Assembly: GCA_045563015.1 (NCBI GenBank)
Contig: JBJKUQ010000016.1
Span: 9,280 to 73,279, forward strand
DNA from: Alphaproteobacteria bacterium
Lineage (GTDB): Bacteria; Pseudomonadota; Alphaproteobacteria; Methylaequorales; Methylaequoraceae
Reading direction: 5' to 3'
Length of the DNA stretch: 64,000 bases
Below the pieces are notes generated by a model that did no database searches, was not told where the DNA came from, and was given only the letters and a program-made list of their open reading frames with translations. Below, piece after piece: positions 26,017 through 34,660 of this stretch. Position numbers and translations under genes: made by a program. Position 1 is the first letter of the stretch; the number at the start of each line of letters is the position of its first letter.

Positions 26017-26045
26017 TTGACAATTTGCAATACATAATTAATATA
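26017..26045 (+). promoter_or_regulatory. Candidate promoter for the riboswitch-btuB-tonB transcript (TTGACA, 17 nt, TAATAT)
   Basis: TTGACA at 26017-26022, an A/T hexamer near 26040-26045, predicted start just before the riboswitch. Confidence 0.4.
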
Positions 26046-26059
26046 TGAATCATACTTAG

Positions 26060-26215
26060 TGCTCGCAAGAGTTAAAAGGGAAACTAGTTTGAATCTAGTA
26101 CAGCTCCCGCTACTGTAATTTGTTAGTTTTGCCATTACGCCACTGATTCAAACTGGGAAGGCGGCAAAACTAAAAACAATAAGTCAGGAAACCTGCTCAG
26201 TTAGCGTCATTCAAC
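26060..26215 (+). promoter_or_regulatory. Cobalamin (B12) riboswitch aptamer
   Basis: Ordered consensus blocks AAAAGGGAA, CTAGTTTGAATCTAG, CCCGCTACTGTAA, GCCACTG...GGGAAGGC and B12 box AAGTCAGGAAACCTGC; 10-bp hairpin at 26253-26281 in the expression platform. Confidence 0.85.
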
Positions 26216-26344
26216 CAGACTACGGGAAGGTTTCTCTGGTTATGGAAAATCCATTGAGGTGACGTGATTAACCTCAGTGGGATAAATAAATTTCTCGCTT
26301 ACAACTTTTTAACTTAATAGGTTAAAAAATAAAGGACCTAATTA

Positions 26345-28354
26345 GTGGGAATTTTCTTATTAAAACTAATAGTTTCAATTTTTTTAATTCTTCCAGCTTA
26401 TTTAAAAGCACAGGATGAAATAATTGTAAAATCAAGTAGACTCATAAAAGATAAAATAGTGGGTTCACAAACCTACATTATTGACAAAGAGTTTATTCAA
26501 TCTTATCCATCAAAATCTATTCCTGAGTTGATTGCTAAACTTCCCGGAATAAAAATTAAAGATCTTCGTGGGGGAGGATTAGGAGCAAGTCAATCAATTG
26601 ATATAAGAGGTTTTGGTGATACAGCAAGTAGTAATTCTTTGATCCTTCTAAACGGTCAAAGACTAACTAATATAGATCTTAGCTTAGTTGATTTTACAAC
26701 AATTCCTAGAGACAGTATAGATCGAATTGAAGTAATAATGGGTAACAGCACTGTTCTTTTTGGAAATAATGCAACTGCCGGTTCAATTAACATTATAACA
26801 AATCAATCTATAGAAAAAGGTGACCAGTTAAATGCAAGTTTTTTAACAGGATCGCTCGGAAAATATGCATCATATTTGAGTGCAGTTAAAACAAAAGATA
26901 ATTTTTCAGTAAAAGGAAATCATAATACTATCTTTGCTGATGGATATAGAAGAAATAGTGCTTTATATCAAAATAATGGAAGTATTGAATTATCATATGA
27001 TAATGAATATTACGACTTTTATTTAAATCTCAAATCAAATAATCAGTTTCAGGAACTTCCTGGTGATGTGGGTGTAAATACTGGTAATTTTTCAAGTTCA
27101 AATGGTTTTATTATTGATCCAAGATCAAGTGATACTCCAGAAGACTTTTCTCAGAATAATGGGCACCAGCTTTTCTATGGGGCATCGTTTGATTTTAATA
27201 AATCTAACACATTCATAATTGATGGATCATATAAATATAACAAAAGTGAAGGTAAATTCATATCTAGTACATCAGCATTGGATACAAGAATCTCAACATA
27301 TCAGATTAGTCCAAGGCTTTTTAGTGATTTAAATATATTTAGTTTTAGTACTGACACTATTTTCGGAACAGATTTAAACTACGCATATTATTACTCTGAA
27401 AGAATGGAAGGTGAAAAAGAATGGTATAAAAAATATAAGGCTTCGGATATAAACTTTGCTCCTTATTTTAATTCTAATATAAGTTTGAGTGAAAAAGATG
27501 ACATATCTATAGGTTTTAGATATCAATGGAACTGGTTGCGTGCTGGTGATACTAACAACCCAAGTGCATATACCTGGACTTTAGGGGAACAAGAAACAAT
27601 TGTTAAACCTGATCATCAATTTGCATTTCATTTGGGTTATGAGAGGGTTATTACTGAAAAAAACTCACTAACTATCAAAGGAGGGAGAAGCTTTAGATAC
27701 CCAAATATAGATGAAAGAATTGGAGCCGGTTTTACATCATCGACCCACAATTTCAGATTATCATCACAGAAATCATTAGACTTAGAGTTTGGTCATAAAT
27801 TTTTAGATGATGATCTTAAAGTATCTACAAATTTTTACTACATGAGAATGCTTTCAGAAATTAAATATGATAATGCAACGTTTCTTAACCGTAATCTCGC
27901 TAGAACCCATAGATACGGAATTGAAAATAAAATTGAATACTCATTAAATGATCAATTTGTATTTTCCAATAGTTTTTCTGTAGCTCAATCAAAGTATAGG
28001 GCAGGCCATAGAAGAAGTAATGATCTCACTGGTGTTCCTGCCTTTAAAAATGTTGTAGACCTAGAATATAAATTTTCACAATACTTTAACCCAAATACTA
28101 GCCTGTATTATCAATCATCACAGAGAATGATAAATGATGAAGAAAATTACCAAGTTGTTCAGCCTGGCTATTATTTAATTGATATGGGTTTTCAGGGTAC
28201 AGTATATGGTTTTAATTATTCTATGATGTTTAATAACATATTAAATAAAAACTATTACCAATATGCAGTCGCATCAACAAATAGTTACAATGTTTACAAC
28301 ACTTATCCCCTTGAGGGGTTTAACATGATGTTTAAACTCAATAAAAGTTTTTAA
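26345..28354 (+). CDS. btuB: TonB-dependent outer-membrane receptor, BtuB-like by riboswitch context
   Basis: GTG start; signal peptide; TonB-box-like DEIIV; plug domain; 669 aa; C-terminal Phe. Confidence 0.85.
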   Translation: MGIFLLKLIVSIFLILPAYLKAQDEIIVKSSRLIKDKIVGSQTYIIDKEFIQSYPSKSIPELIAKLPGIKIKDLRGGGLGASQSIDIRGFGDTASSNSLILLNGQRLTNIDLSLVDFTTIPRDSIDRIEVIMGNSTVLFGNNATAGSINIITNQSIEKGDQLNASFLTGSLGKYASYLSAVKTKDNFSVKGNHNTIFADGYRRNSALYQNNGSIELSYDNEYYDFYLNLKSNNQFQELPGDVGVNTGNFSSSNGFIIDPRSSDTPEDFSQNNGHQLFYGASFDFNKSNTFIIDGSYKYNKSEGKFISSTSALDTRISTYQISPRLFSDLNIFSFSTDTIFGTDLNYAYYYSERMEGEKEWYKKYKASDINFAPYFNSNISLSEKDDISIGFRYQWNWLRAGDTNNPSAYTWTLGEQETIVKPDHQFAFHLGYERVITEKNSLTIKGGRSFRYPNIDERIGAGFTSSTHNFRLSSQKSLDLEFGHKFLDDDLKVSTNFYYMRMLSEIKYDNATFLNRNLARTHRYGIENKIEYSLNDQFVFSNSFSVAQSKYRAGHRRSNDLTGVPAFKNVVDLEYKFSQYFNPNTSLYYQSSQRMINDEENYQVVQPGYYLIDMGFQGTVYGFNYSMMFNNILNKNYYQYAVASTNSYNVYNTYPLEGFNMMFKLNKSF

Positions 28355-29055
28355 TGAATTTTTTTAAAATAAAATATTTAGTTGCATCATTAGTTCTGCA
28401 TTCTGCAGTGATAACTTCTTTTCTCCTTTTTCAAAACTCAACTGAAAAAGCAGAAACTTTTATGCTAGTAACCGAGATTATTAAAATTAAAGAATCTAGT
28501 AAATCAAATGATTTGAAAAAAATAAAAAATCATAAAACAAAACATGAAAAAAAAGAAAATGTTAAGACTAAAAAGTCAAAAGAAAAAGATAACTACATCA
28601 AAGCTGTGTTAAAACCAAAAGTTATTTCGGTAAAACTTAAGTCTGATAAATCCGAAACTGAATTTAAGACTAATGATGTAAAACAAGCTTTGATTGAAAA
28701 TAAACCAATAGAAGGTCCTAGCTCATATAATAAAAAATCAAGTGAGAATAAATTGAGTCAAAATAAAAACTTATCTAAAGCTAATTATAAAATTGGTTCA
28801 ATTAATAACCCTCATCCACCATACCCATTAATTGCAAGGAAAAAAGGTCTCGAGGGAAAACTTATTTTAAAAGTTACAGTAAATAAAGATGGATCAGTTA
28901 AAGATGTAACTATTCATAAATCTTCTGGTTATCTAATATTAGATAAGGTAAGTAAAGAAACTATAGAAAAATGGATTTTTATTCCTGCTAAAAGAATGGG
29001 AAGATCAGTTAAGGATAATATCCAGGTACCTATAAGATTTGTTTTAACAGAATAA
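28354..29055 (+). CDS. tonB: TonB-family energy transducer
   Basis: N-terminal TM anchor, Lys/Glu-rich spacer, C-terminal TonB domain (PHPPYPLIARKKGLEGKLILKVTVNKDGSV...SSGYLILDK...W.F.PA); ATG overlaps receptor stop (TAATG). Confidence 0.82.
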   Translation: MNFFKIKYLVASLVLHSAVITSFLLFQNSTEKAETFMLVTEIIKIKESSKSNDLKKIKNHKTKHEKKENVKTKKSKEKDNYIKAVLKPKVISVKLKSDKSETEFKTNDVKQALIENKPIEGPSSYNKKSSENKLSQNKNLSKANYKIGSINNPHPPYPLIARKKGLEGKLILKVTVNKDGSVKDVTIHKSSGYLILDKVSKETIEKWIFIPAKRMGRSVKDNIQVPIRFVLTE

Positions 29056-29071
29056 ATTCGACCTTATATAT

Positions 29072-29147
29072 TGGCGTCCCCTACGGGATTCGAACCCGTG
29101 TTGCCGCCGTGAAAGGGCGGTGTCCTAAACCACTAGACGAAGGGGAC
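29072..29147 (-). tRNA. tRNA-Glu (TTC)
   Basis: Reverse complement GTCCCCTTCGTCTAGTGGTTTAGGACACCGCC CTTTCAC GGCGG...GGTTCGAATCC; CCA encoded. Confidence 0.9.
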
Positions 29148-29213
29148 AATTACTTGAAATAATTTAATAAATTAATATATAACTATTTAAAAATTTTAGT
29201 AAATCAAATTATT

Positions 29214-29564
29214 ATGAAATATTTAAAAAATATATTAGTTTTATCATGTTTTCTAGGTTCTATAAACCTTTCTATTGCTGAGGAAAATAATAACTACACA
29301 TGTTACAAAAGAGGGTTTGAAATAATTTTTCCCTATCAACATGCAATATACAAAATAAAGAAAAATTATACAGTTTCATCGGAGCAAAAAAAAAAAGAAT
29401 TATTAAGGTTTAAGAAAAAATTTGAAAAAAATTTTTTTGGAATTCCACTTTATAAAGAAGCTGGTTGTTCAAATGCTCGACTATCTGAATACCTAGATTG
29501 CCTAATAACCTCAGATGGGAAAGATTGTAGAATTTATTACACTCAAATGAGAATTGTTGACTAA
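29214..29564 (+). CDS. Hypothetical small secreted protein (signal peptide, 4 Cys)
   Basis: N-terminal MKYLKNILVLSCFLGSINLSIA signal; no recognisable domain; convergent 4-nt overlap with recJ. Confidence 0.45.
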   Translation: MKYLKNILVLSCFLGSINLSIAEENNNYTCYKRGFEIIFPYQHAIYKIKKNYTVSSEQKKKELLRFKKKFEKNFFGIPLYKEAGCSNARLSEYLDCLITSDGKDCRIYYTQMRIVD

Positions 29565-31348
29565 TTTTTAATTACATCCTCTATTTGAAGTTCTACCGTT
29601 TCATTTCCATTCCACACATTGTTTTTTATAGTGACTATAAGATCAAAAGTGTGACCAATATTTTGTTTTAGATATTCATAAATTAAATTTTTAACTGCGT
29701 TAAATGAAATTGTTCTTAAACTATTACCATATATGTCCTCAACCTGACATGATAGATGCCCTTCTCCTACTATTTTAAAAAACTTTATTATGCACTCTTT
29801 AATTAAAAATTTTGGCGTAGGGTTTCCTTGACCAAATGGAGATAATTTTTGAATTTTATGAAAAAGCCCAATATTGATTGATGATAGTGCTAAACTTGAA
29901 TCATAATATTTTGTAATAGTAGATTTATTTAAATTAAATTTATCATCAACAAACTTTTTAAACTTTTCAATATTTTCTTTCTTAATTGAAAAACCGCCTG
30001 CCATTTTATGCCCTCCGCCTGATATTATTATTTGTTTCTCTAAAGCATCAAAAATTAAATTACCTACATCAAAACCACTTACAGATCTACAAGAAGCTTT
30101 GCATAACTCTTTGTCTTCTGCAATAACAATAGATGGTCTATTATACTTATCAGTTAACTTACTAGCTACAATACCAATAACTCCTGGGTGCCATCCTGTT
30201 GAACTCACACAGATTATCTTTTCATCATGAGTAACTAACAATGTTGCCTCATACTCAACTTGTGTTTCAATTTTTCTTCTTGTTTTATTGTATTCACTCA
30301 ATTTTTGAGCCATAACATTTGCTAAATTTTCATTCTTACAAAGCAATAACTCTGCACCTGTAGAAGATTTACCAACTCTTCCCCCAGCATTAATTCTTGG
30401 TCCAATAACATATCCAAGATGATAAGAACTAATTTCATCTTTTATCATTGATTCATTTATTATAGATAATAAACCAACATTCAATGACTTGTTCATTATT
30501 TTTAAGCCCTGTGAAACTAAAGCTCTATTCATTTCATCTAATTTCACAACATCGCAAACAGTACCTAATGCAACCAAATCAATGTAATGCATTAAATTTG
30601 GTAATAAAAAATTTACTTTTCTTTTTTTTAATTCCCTATTTATTGAAACTAATAAAAAAAATACCACTCCAGCTGCGCATAAGTTACCAAGATTTGATTT
30701 ATCATTATCTTTGTTAGGATTAACAATTGCATAAGCATTTGGAAGGACTTCACCTTGTTTGTGATGATCAACGACTATAACATCAATTTTATTTTTTGTT
30801 ATTTCGTTAATTTCATTAATGGATGTTGTTCCACAATCCAATGTAACTATCAAATCACATTTTTGTTTTTTTAAATATTCAAAAGCCTTGAGATTTGGAC
30901 CATAACCTTCTGTTATTCTATCAGGTATGTAATATTCAAATTCAACTCCAATCTCTGCTAGATACTTTCCAAGAAGAGCAGTAGATGTTGAGCCGTCAAC
31001 ATCATAATCACCAAAAATTCCTATTTTTTTTTTTTTTAATATTAAATCAACTATACGTTCAGTTGCCTTTTTCATATCACAAATAAGATATGGGTCTGGC
31101 ATACTTTTTTTTATTTTAGGATAAAAAAAATTTTCAAAATTTTTAGAGGATATTTTTCGACTTACCAAAATTTTAGAAATTATGGGATTCAAATCATATT
31201 CTTTTTTCAGATTAAACTCTTCTGTTTTGTTCCCAATTGATTCTTTCCAATATTTATTTTTGACAGAAATCTTTTTTACATATTCTTTTTTTTTTTCTTC
31301 TTGAATTTTAACATCAATCTGCATAATCAAAATGTAACACAATTTCAT
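29561..31348 (-). CDS. recJ: Single-stranded-DNA-specific exonuclease RecJ
   Basis: DHH motifs IGIFGDYDVDGSTS and VDHH; DHHA1 region GGGH; 595 aa. Confidence 0.9.
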   Translation of the reverse strand: MKLCYILIMQIDVKIQEEKKKEYVKKISVKNKYWKESIGNKTEEFNLKKEYDLNPIISKILVSRKISSKNFENFFYPKIKKSMPDPYLICDMKKATERIVDLILKKKKIGIFGDYDVDGSTSTALLGKYLAEIGVEFEYYIPDRITEGYGPNLKAFEYLKKQKCDLIVTLDCGTTSINEINEITKNKIDVIVVDHHKQGEVLPNAYAIVNPNKDNDKSNLGNLCAAGVVFFLLVSINRELKKRKVNFLLPNLMHYIDLVALGTVCDVVKLDEMNRALVSQGLKIMNKSLNVGLLSIINESMIKDEISSYHLGYVIGPRINAGGRVGKSSTGAELLLCKNENLANVMAQKLSEYNKTRRKIETQVEYEATLLVTHDEKIICVSSTGWHPGVIGIVASKLTDKYNRPSIVIAEDKELCKASCRSVSGFDVGNLIFDALEKQIIISGGGHKMAGGFSIKKENIEKFKKFVDDKFNLNKSTITKYYDSSLALSSINIGLFHKIQKLSPFGQGNPTPKFLIKECIIKFFKIVGEGHLSCQVEDIYGNSLRTISFNAVKNLIYEYLKQNIGHTFDLIVTIKNNVWNGNETVELQIEDVIKN

Positions 31349-32542
31349 ATGCTAGGTAACAGTAATATATTAATTGCACAGGGTGGAGGACCAACTAATG
31401 TTATAAATAAATCATTGGTCGGTATAATAAAACAAGAAAAACTTTTAAATTCAAAAATTTTTGGTGCTCTTAACGGAGTCAACGGAATTGTAAATAAACG
31501 TTTCATAAATCTAAATAAAATATCTTCAAATGATTTAAATCTAATCTCTCAAACACCAGGTGCTGCATTAGGTTCCACAAGAGACAAACCAGACGAAAAG
31601 TATTGTCTAGAGATCCTTAAATTATTAAAAGAAAAAAAAATTGAAAGGTTTTATTACATAGGAGGTAATGATTCCTCCGATAGTCTGAGAATTATATCAA
31701 ATTTTTCAAAAAAAATTGGCTATAATCTTCAATGTGTTCACATACCAAAAACCATTGACAATGATTTAGTAAATAACGATCATACTCCTGGCTTTGGGTC
31801 AGCAGCAAAGTACGTAGCTCAATTATTTTCAGGAATTAATTATGATGTAAAATCTCTCCCAGGAGTTTATCTAGGAATAATTATGGGAAGACATGCAGGT
31901 TTTTTAACTGCATCGTCAGGACTCTTAAGAGAAAAAAAAGATGATGGACCAAATTTAATATTCATTCCAGAACACCCATTTGATCTCGACAACTTTTTGA
32001 AGAGAATAAATATTAAATTTAAAAAATATGGAAGATGCGTAATTGCTATTTCAGAGGGCATTCAAGATAAAGGTAAAAAACTTATTTCACAAAGTATTAT
32101 TAGGAACAGTGAGTATGATGCACATGGTAATGTTCAACTATCTGGAACAGGTTTACTTGGAGATTATCTATCAAAAGAAATAAAAAATAAATTAAAGCTA
32201 CCAAGGGTTAGAGCAGACACATTGGGCTACCCTCAAAGATGTTTTTTAGGATCAACTTCAGAAGTAGATCAAAAGGAGGCATTTGAAATTGGTAAATATG
32301 CTGTAAAATTTGCCATTAGAAATAAATATTCTTTTTCTGCCGGAATAAGTGAAAGAATCTCATTCAATCAAGAATATAAAACTATCTTCGTTTCAAATAA
32401 GCTCGATGATGTTGCTGGAAAAACAAAAATAATGGCAAAATATTTTTATGACCCCAAAAAAAATGATATCACTAATAAATTTATTAATTATGCATTGCCA
32501 TTATTAGGAAAAAAATTAATTAAAACTAAGTCAATTATTTAA
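31349..32542 (+). CDS. pfp: 6-phosphofructokinase family, probably PPi-dependent (Pfp-like)
   Basis: PFK fold; GGNDSS in place of ATP-PFK GGDGS (Asp at the Gly104-equivalent). Start chosen at MLGNSN to avoid 48-nt divergent overlap with recJ. Confidence 0.7.
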   Translation: MLGNSNILIAQGGGPTNVINKSLVGIIKQEKLLNSKIFGALNGVNGIVNKRFINLNKISSNDLNLISQTPGAALGSTRDKPDEKYCLEILKLLKEKKIERFYYIGGNDSSDSLRIISNFSKKIGYNLQCVHIPKTIDNDLVNNDHTPGFGSAAKYVAQLFSGINYDVKSLPGVYLGIIMGRHAGFLTASSGLLREKKDDGPNLIFIPEHPFDLDNFLKRINIKFKKYGRCVIAISEGIQDKGKKLISQSIIRNSEYDAHGNVQLSGTGLLGDYLSKEIKNKLKLPRVRADTLGYPQRCFLGSTSEVDQKEAFEIGKYAVKFAIRNKYSFSAGISERISFNQEYKTIFVSNKLDDVAGKTKIMAKYFYDPKKNDITNKFINYALPLLGKKLIKTKSII

Positions 32543-33821
32543 AATTTTCAATTCTTACATAAGTAGTTTTTTTAAGAATGAAATCAAATCTATTTATTTT
32601 CTTTAATGCCTCCATCATATTTTTTTCATAACAATTATGAGTTGTTGCAACAATAATTGCATAATTTTTACCTTTTGAAGGGGTATCTTTTTGAAGCATT
32701 GATTTCATTGAGATTTTATTTTTTTTAAATTCATTTGATATACCAGAGATCACACCAGGTTTGTCAAGTGTTGAAAATCTTAAATAATAACCACCATATC
32801 TTTCACTTATTTTTTTTAATTTAATTTTTTTAATTTTTTTTTGAATATATTTTGGTTTAATTTCTTTAATTGTTAAATCTAAAATATCACTAAGAACAGA
32901 TGTTGCAGTGGGCTCTGAACCGGCACCCTCACCTTGAAAAAAACTTTTTTTGCAAAAATCAGATTCTACAATAACACCATTATATACATCATCTACTCTT
33001 CCAATTAACTCATTCTCATCAATCATACACGGATAAACAAAATTTATAAGCCTATTATTAACAACCTCAGTTATTCCTAATAGTTTTACTACATAACCCA
33101 ATTCTCTTGCATAAAGTAAATCAATTAATTCAATATTTCTTATACCTTCAACATAAATCTCTTTAAGTTCAGCTTTAACACCAAATGCAAGAGAAGATAA
33201 AATTGAAAGTTTATGCGAACTATCAATTCCATCAATATCAAAACTTGGATCTGATTCTGCATATCCAAGTTTTTGAGACTTGAGTAAAATTTTTTTGAAA
33301 TTTTCATTAGTGTTAAGCATATTTGTTAATATATAATTTGAGGTACCATTTAAAATGCCATAGATTTTTTTAATTTTGTTTGATTTTAAAAATTCATTAA
33401 CAACTTTAACAATTGGAATACCACCTGCTACTGCTGCCTCAAATTTAATTTGATTGTCTTTACCTAATATTATTTTATTCAACTCTTCCCAATATTTTGA
33501 TACTAAGGCTTTATTGGCAGTCACAACATGCTTTCCCTTTTTTAAAGCATCAAATACTATGGTTTTTGAAACGCCCTCATCGCCACCAATTAATTCTATG
33601 AGAATGTCATAGTCATCAAAGTTTAGGAACTCCGAAGCGTCTTTAAAATATTTAAAATTTTTAAAGCAGATTTTTTTTAAATTAATTTTTCTTCTTGATG
33701 CCAACGCTGTTAGTTCAATATCAAATTTTCTGTGAATTGAATTTTTTTTAAATAACTCAAGAACACCTGAACCAACTGTTCCAACACCAGCAATGGCTAT
33801 CTTAGTTTTACTTAATAACAT
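32535..33821 (-). CDS. hom: Homoserine dehydrogenase
   Basis: AIAGVGTVGSGV NAD fold; catalytic core; C-terminal ACT domain; 428 aa. Confidence 0.88.
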   Translation of the reverse strand: MLLSKTKIAIAGVGTVGSGVLELFKKNSIHRKFDIELTALASRRKINLKKICFKNFKYFKDASEFLNFDDYDILIELIGGDEGVSKTIVFDALKKGKHVVTANKALVSKYWEELNKIILGKDNQIKFEAAVAGGIPIVKVVNEFLKSNKIKKIYGILNGTSNYILTNMLNTNENFKKILLKSQKLGYAESDPSFDIDGIDSSHKLSILSSLAFGVKAELKEIYVEGIRNIELIDLLYARELGYVVKLLGITEVVNNRLINFVYPCMIDENELIGRVDDVYNGVIVESDFCKKSFFQGEGAGSEPTATSVLSDILDLTIKEIKPKYIQKKIKKIKLKKISERYGGYYLRFSTLDKPGVISGISNEFKKNKISMKSMLQKDTPSKGKNYAIIVATTHNCYEKNMMEALKKINRFDFILKKTTYVRIENFK

Positions 33822-33824
33822 TAA

Positions 33825-34613
33825 TTAGTAAATTAAAAATATTTCTGTTCTCTGGTTTGCCATAGTTCCTGCAGGCATAATTTCTTTGAAAAGTGGCTTG
33901 GAGTCAGAGACACCTTGGGTAATAAGTTTATTACTTGGAAATTTATGATTTTTTATAAAGATTTCTGCGACAGAGTTTGCTCTTTTGTCAGAGATAATAA
34001 AATTTACTATTTTATGTTCAGATATAGGCATATCTCTAGTTCTTTCACTTGCATGACCAATTATTTTAATTTTTGCATCTCTTTCTTTGGCAATTTTTGC
34101 TATTTTCTTAATTTTTTTTCTACCAGATATGCTAACTTGGCTGGAGCCAGATGAAAAACTAATTGTGGCAACTCTATATTGAATCTTATCATTCAAGTTA
34201 ATAATGGGCCTTTCAAAATCTATTTGGGGTGATTTTGCTGAATCAAATGTATTTTCTGTCGATTCTATTGGTTCTTCAGTAAATTCTTGATTATCATCAT
34301 ATGATAAAATTTCTGAATCATATTCTACTGGTGCAGCAGATGGCAACTTTTCATCAGCAATTTCAAGATTTGTTTCATCAACACTTTGTATTTCTTCTAG
34401 TGGCTCAGGTTCGTAAAAGTTTTCATCAGAATCAGCTAGAATCTCAGCTAATGAAGGGTCATCGCCCAGTTCATCTGACAAAAGTTGTTCATCACTTTCC
34501 ACAATTTCAGTGTCATTAGATGATACAATATTATCAGTCCAATCCGACACAGTTGCACATGAACTTAAAAGAAAGACAATTGAAAACAAATTTATATAAA
34601 AAACTCTAAACAC
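33825..34613 (-). CDS. OmpA-family lipoprotein (peptidoglycan-binding OmpA/MotB C-domain)
   Basis: Lipobox LLSSC; acidic low-complexity linker; C-terminal OmpA-like domain (...GHASERTRDMPISEH...ANQRTEIFL). Confidence 0.7.
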   Translation of the reverse strand: MFRVFYINLFSIVFLLSSCATVSDWTDNIVSSNDTEIVESDEQLLSDELGDDPSLAEILADSDENFYEPEPLEEIQSVDETNLEIADEKLPSAAPVEYDSEILSYDDNQEFTEEPIESTENTFDSAKSPQIDFERPIINLNDKIQYRVATISFSSGSSQVSISGRKKIKKIAKIAKERDAKIKIIGHASERTRDMPISEHKIVNFIISDKRANSVAEIFIKNHKFPSNKLITQGVSDSKPLFKEIMPAGTMANQRTEIFLIY

Positions 34614-34660
34614 TTAATGATACCCTTAACAAAGTATAGATTAAAATAAAAAAACTCAAA

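Noticed and set aside
31301-31348. Upstream extension of pfk overlapping divergent recJ by 48 nt
   Set aside because: PFK N-termini begin a few residues before the GGG(P/A) motif. The internal Met at 31349 fits and removes the overlap.
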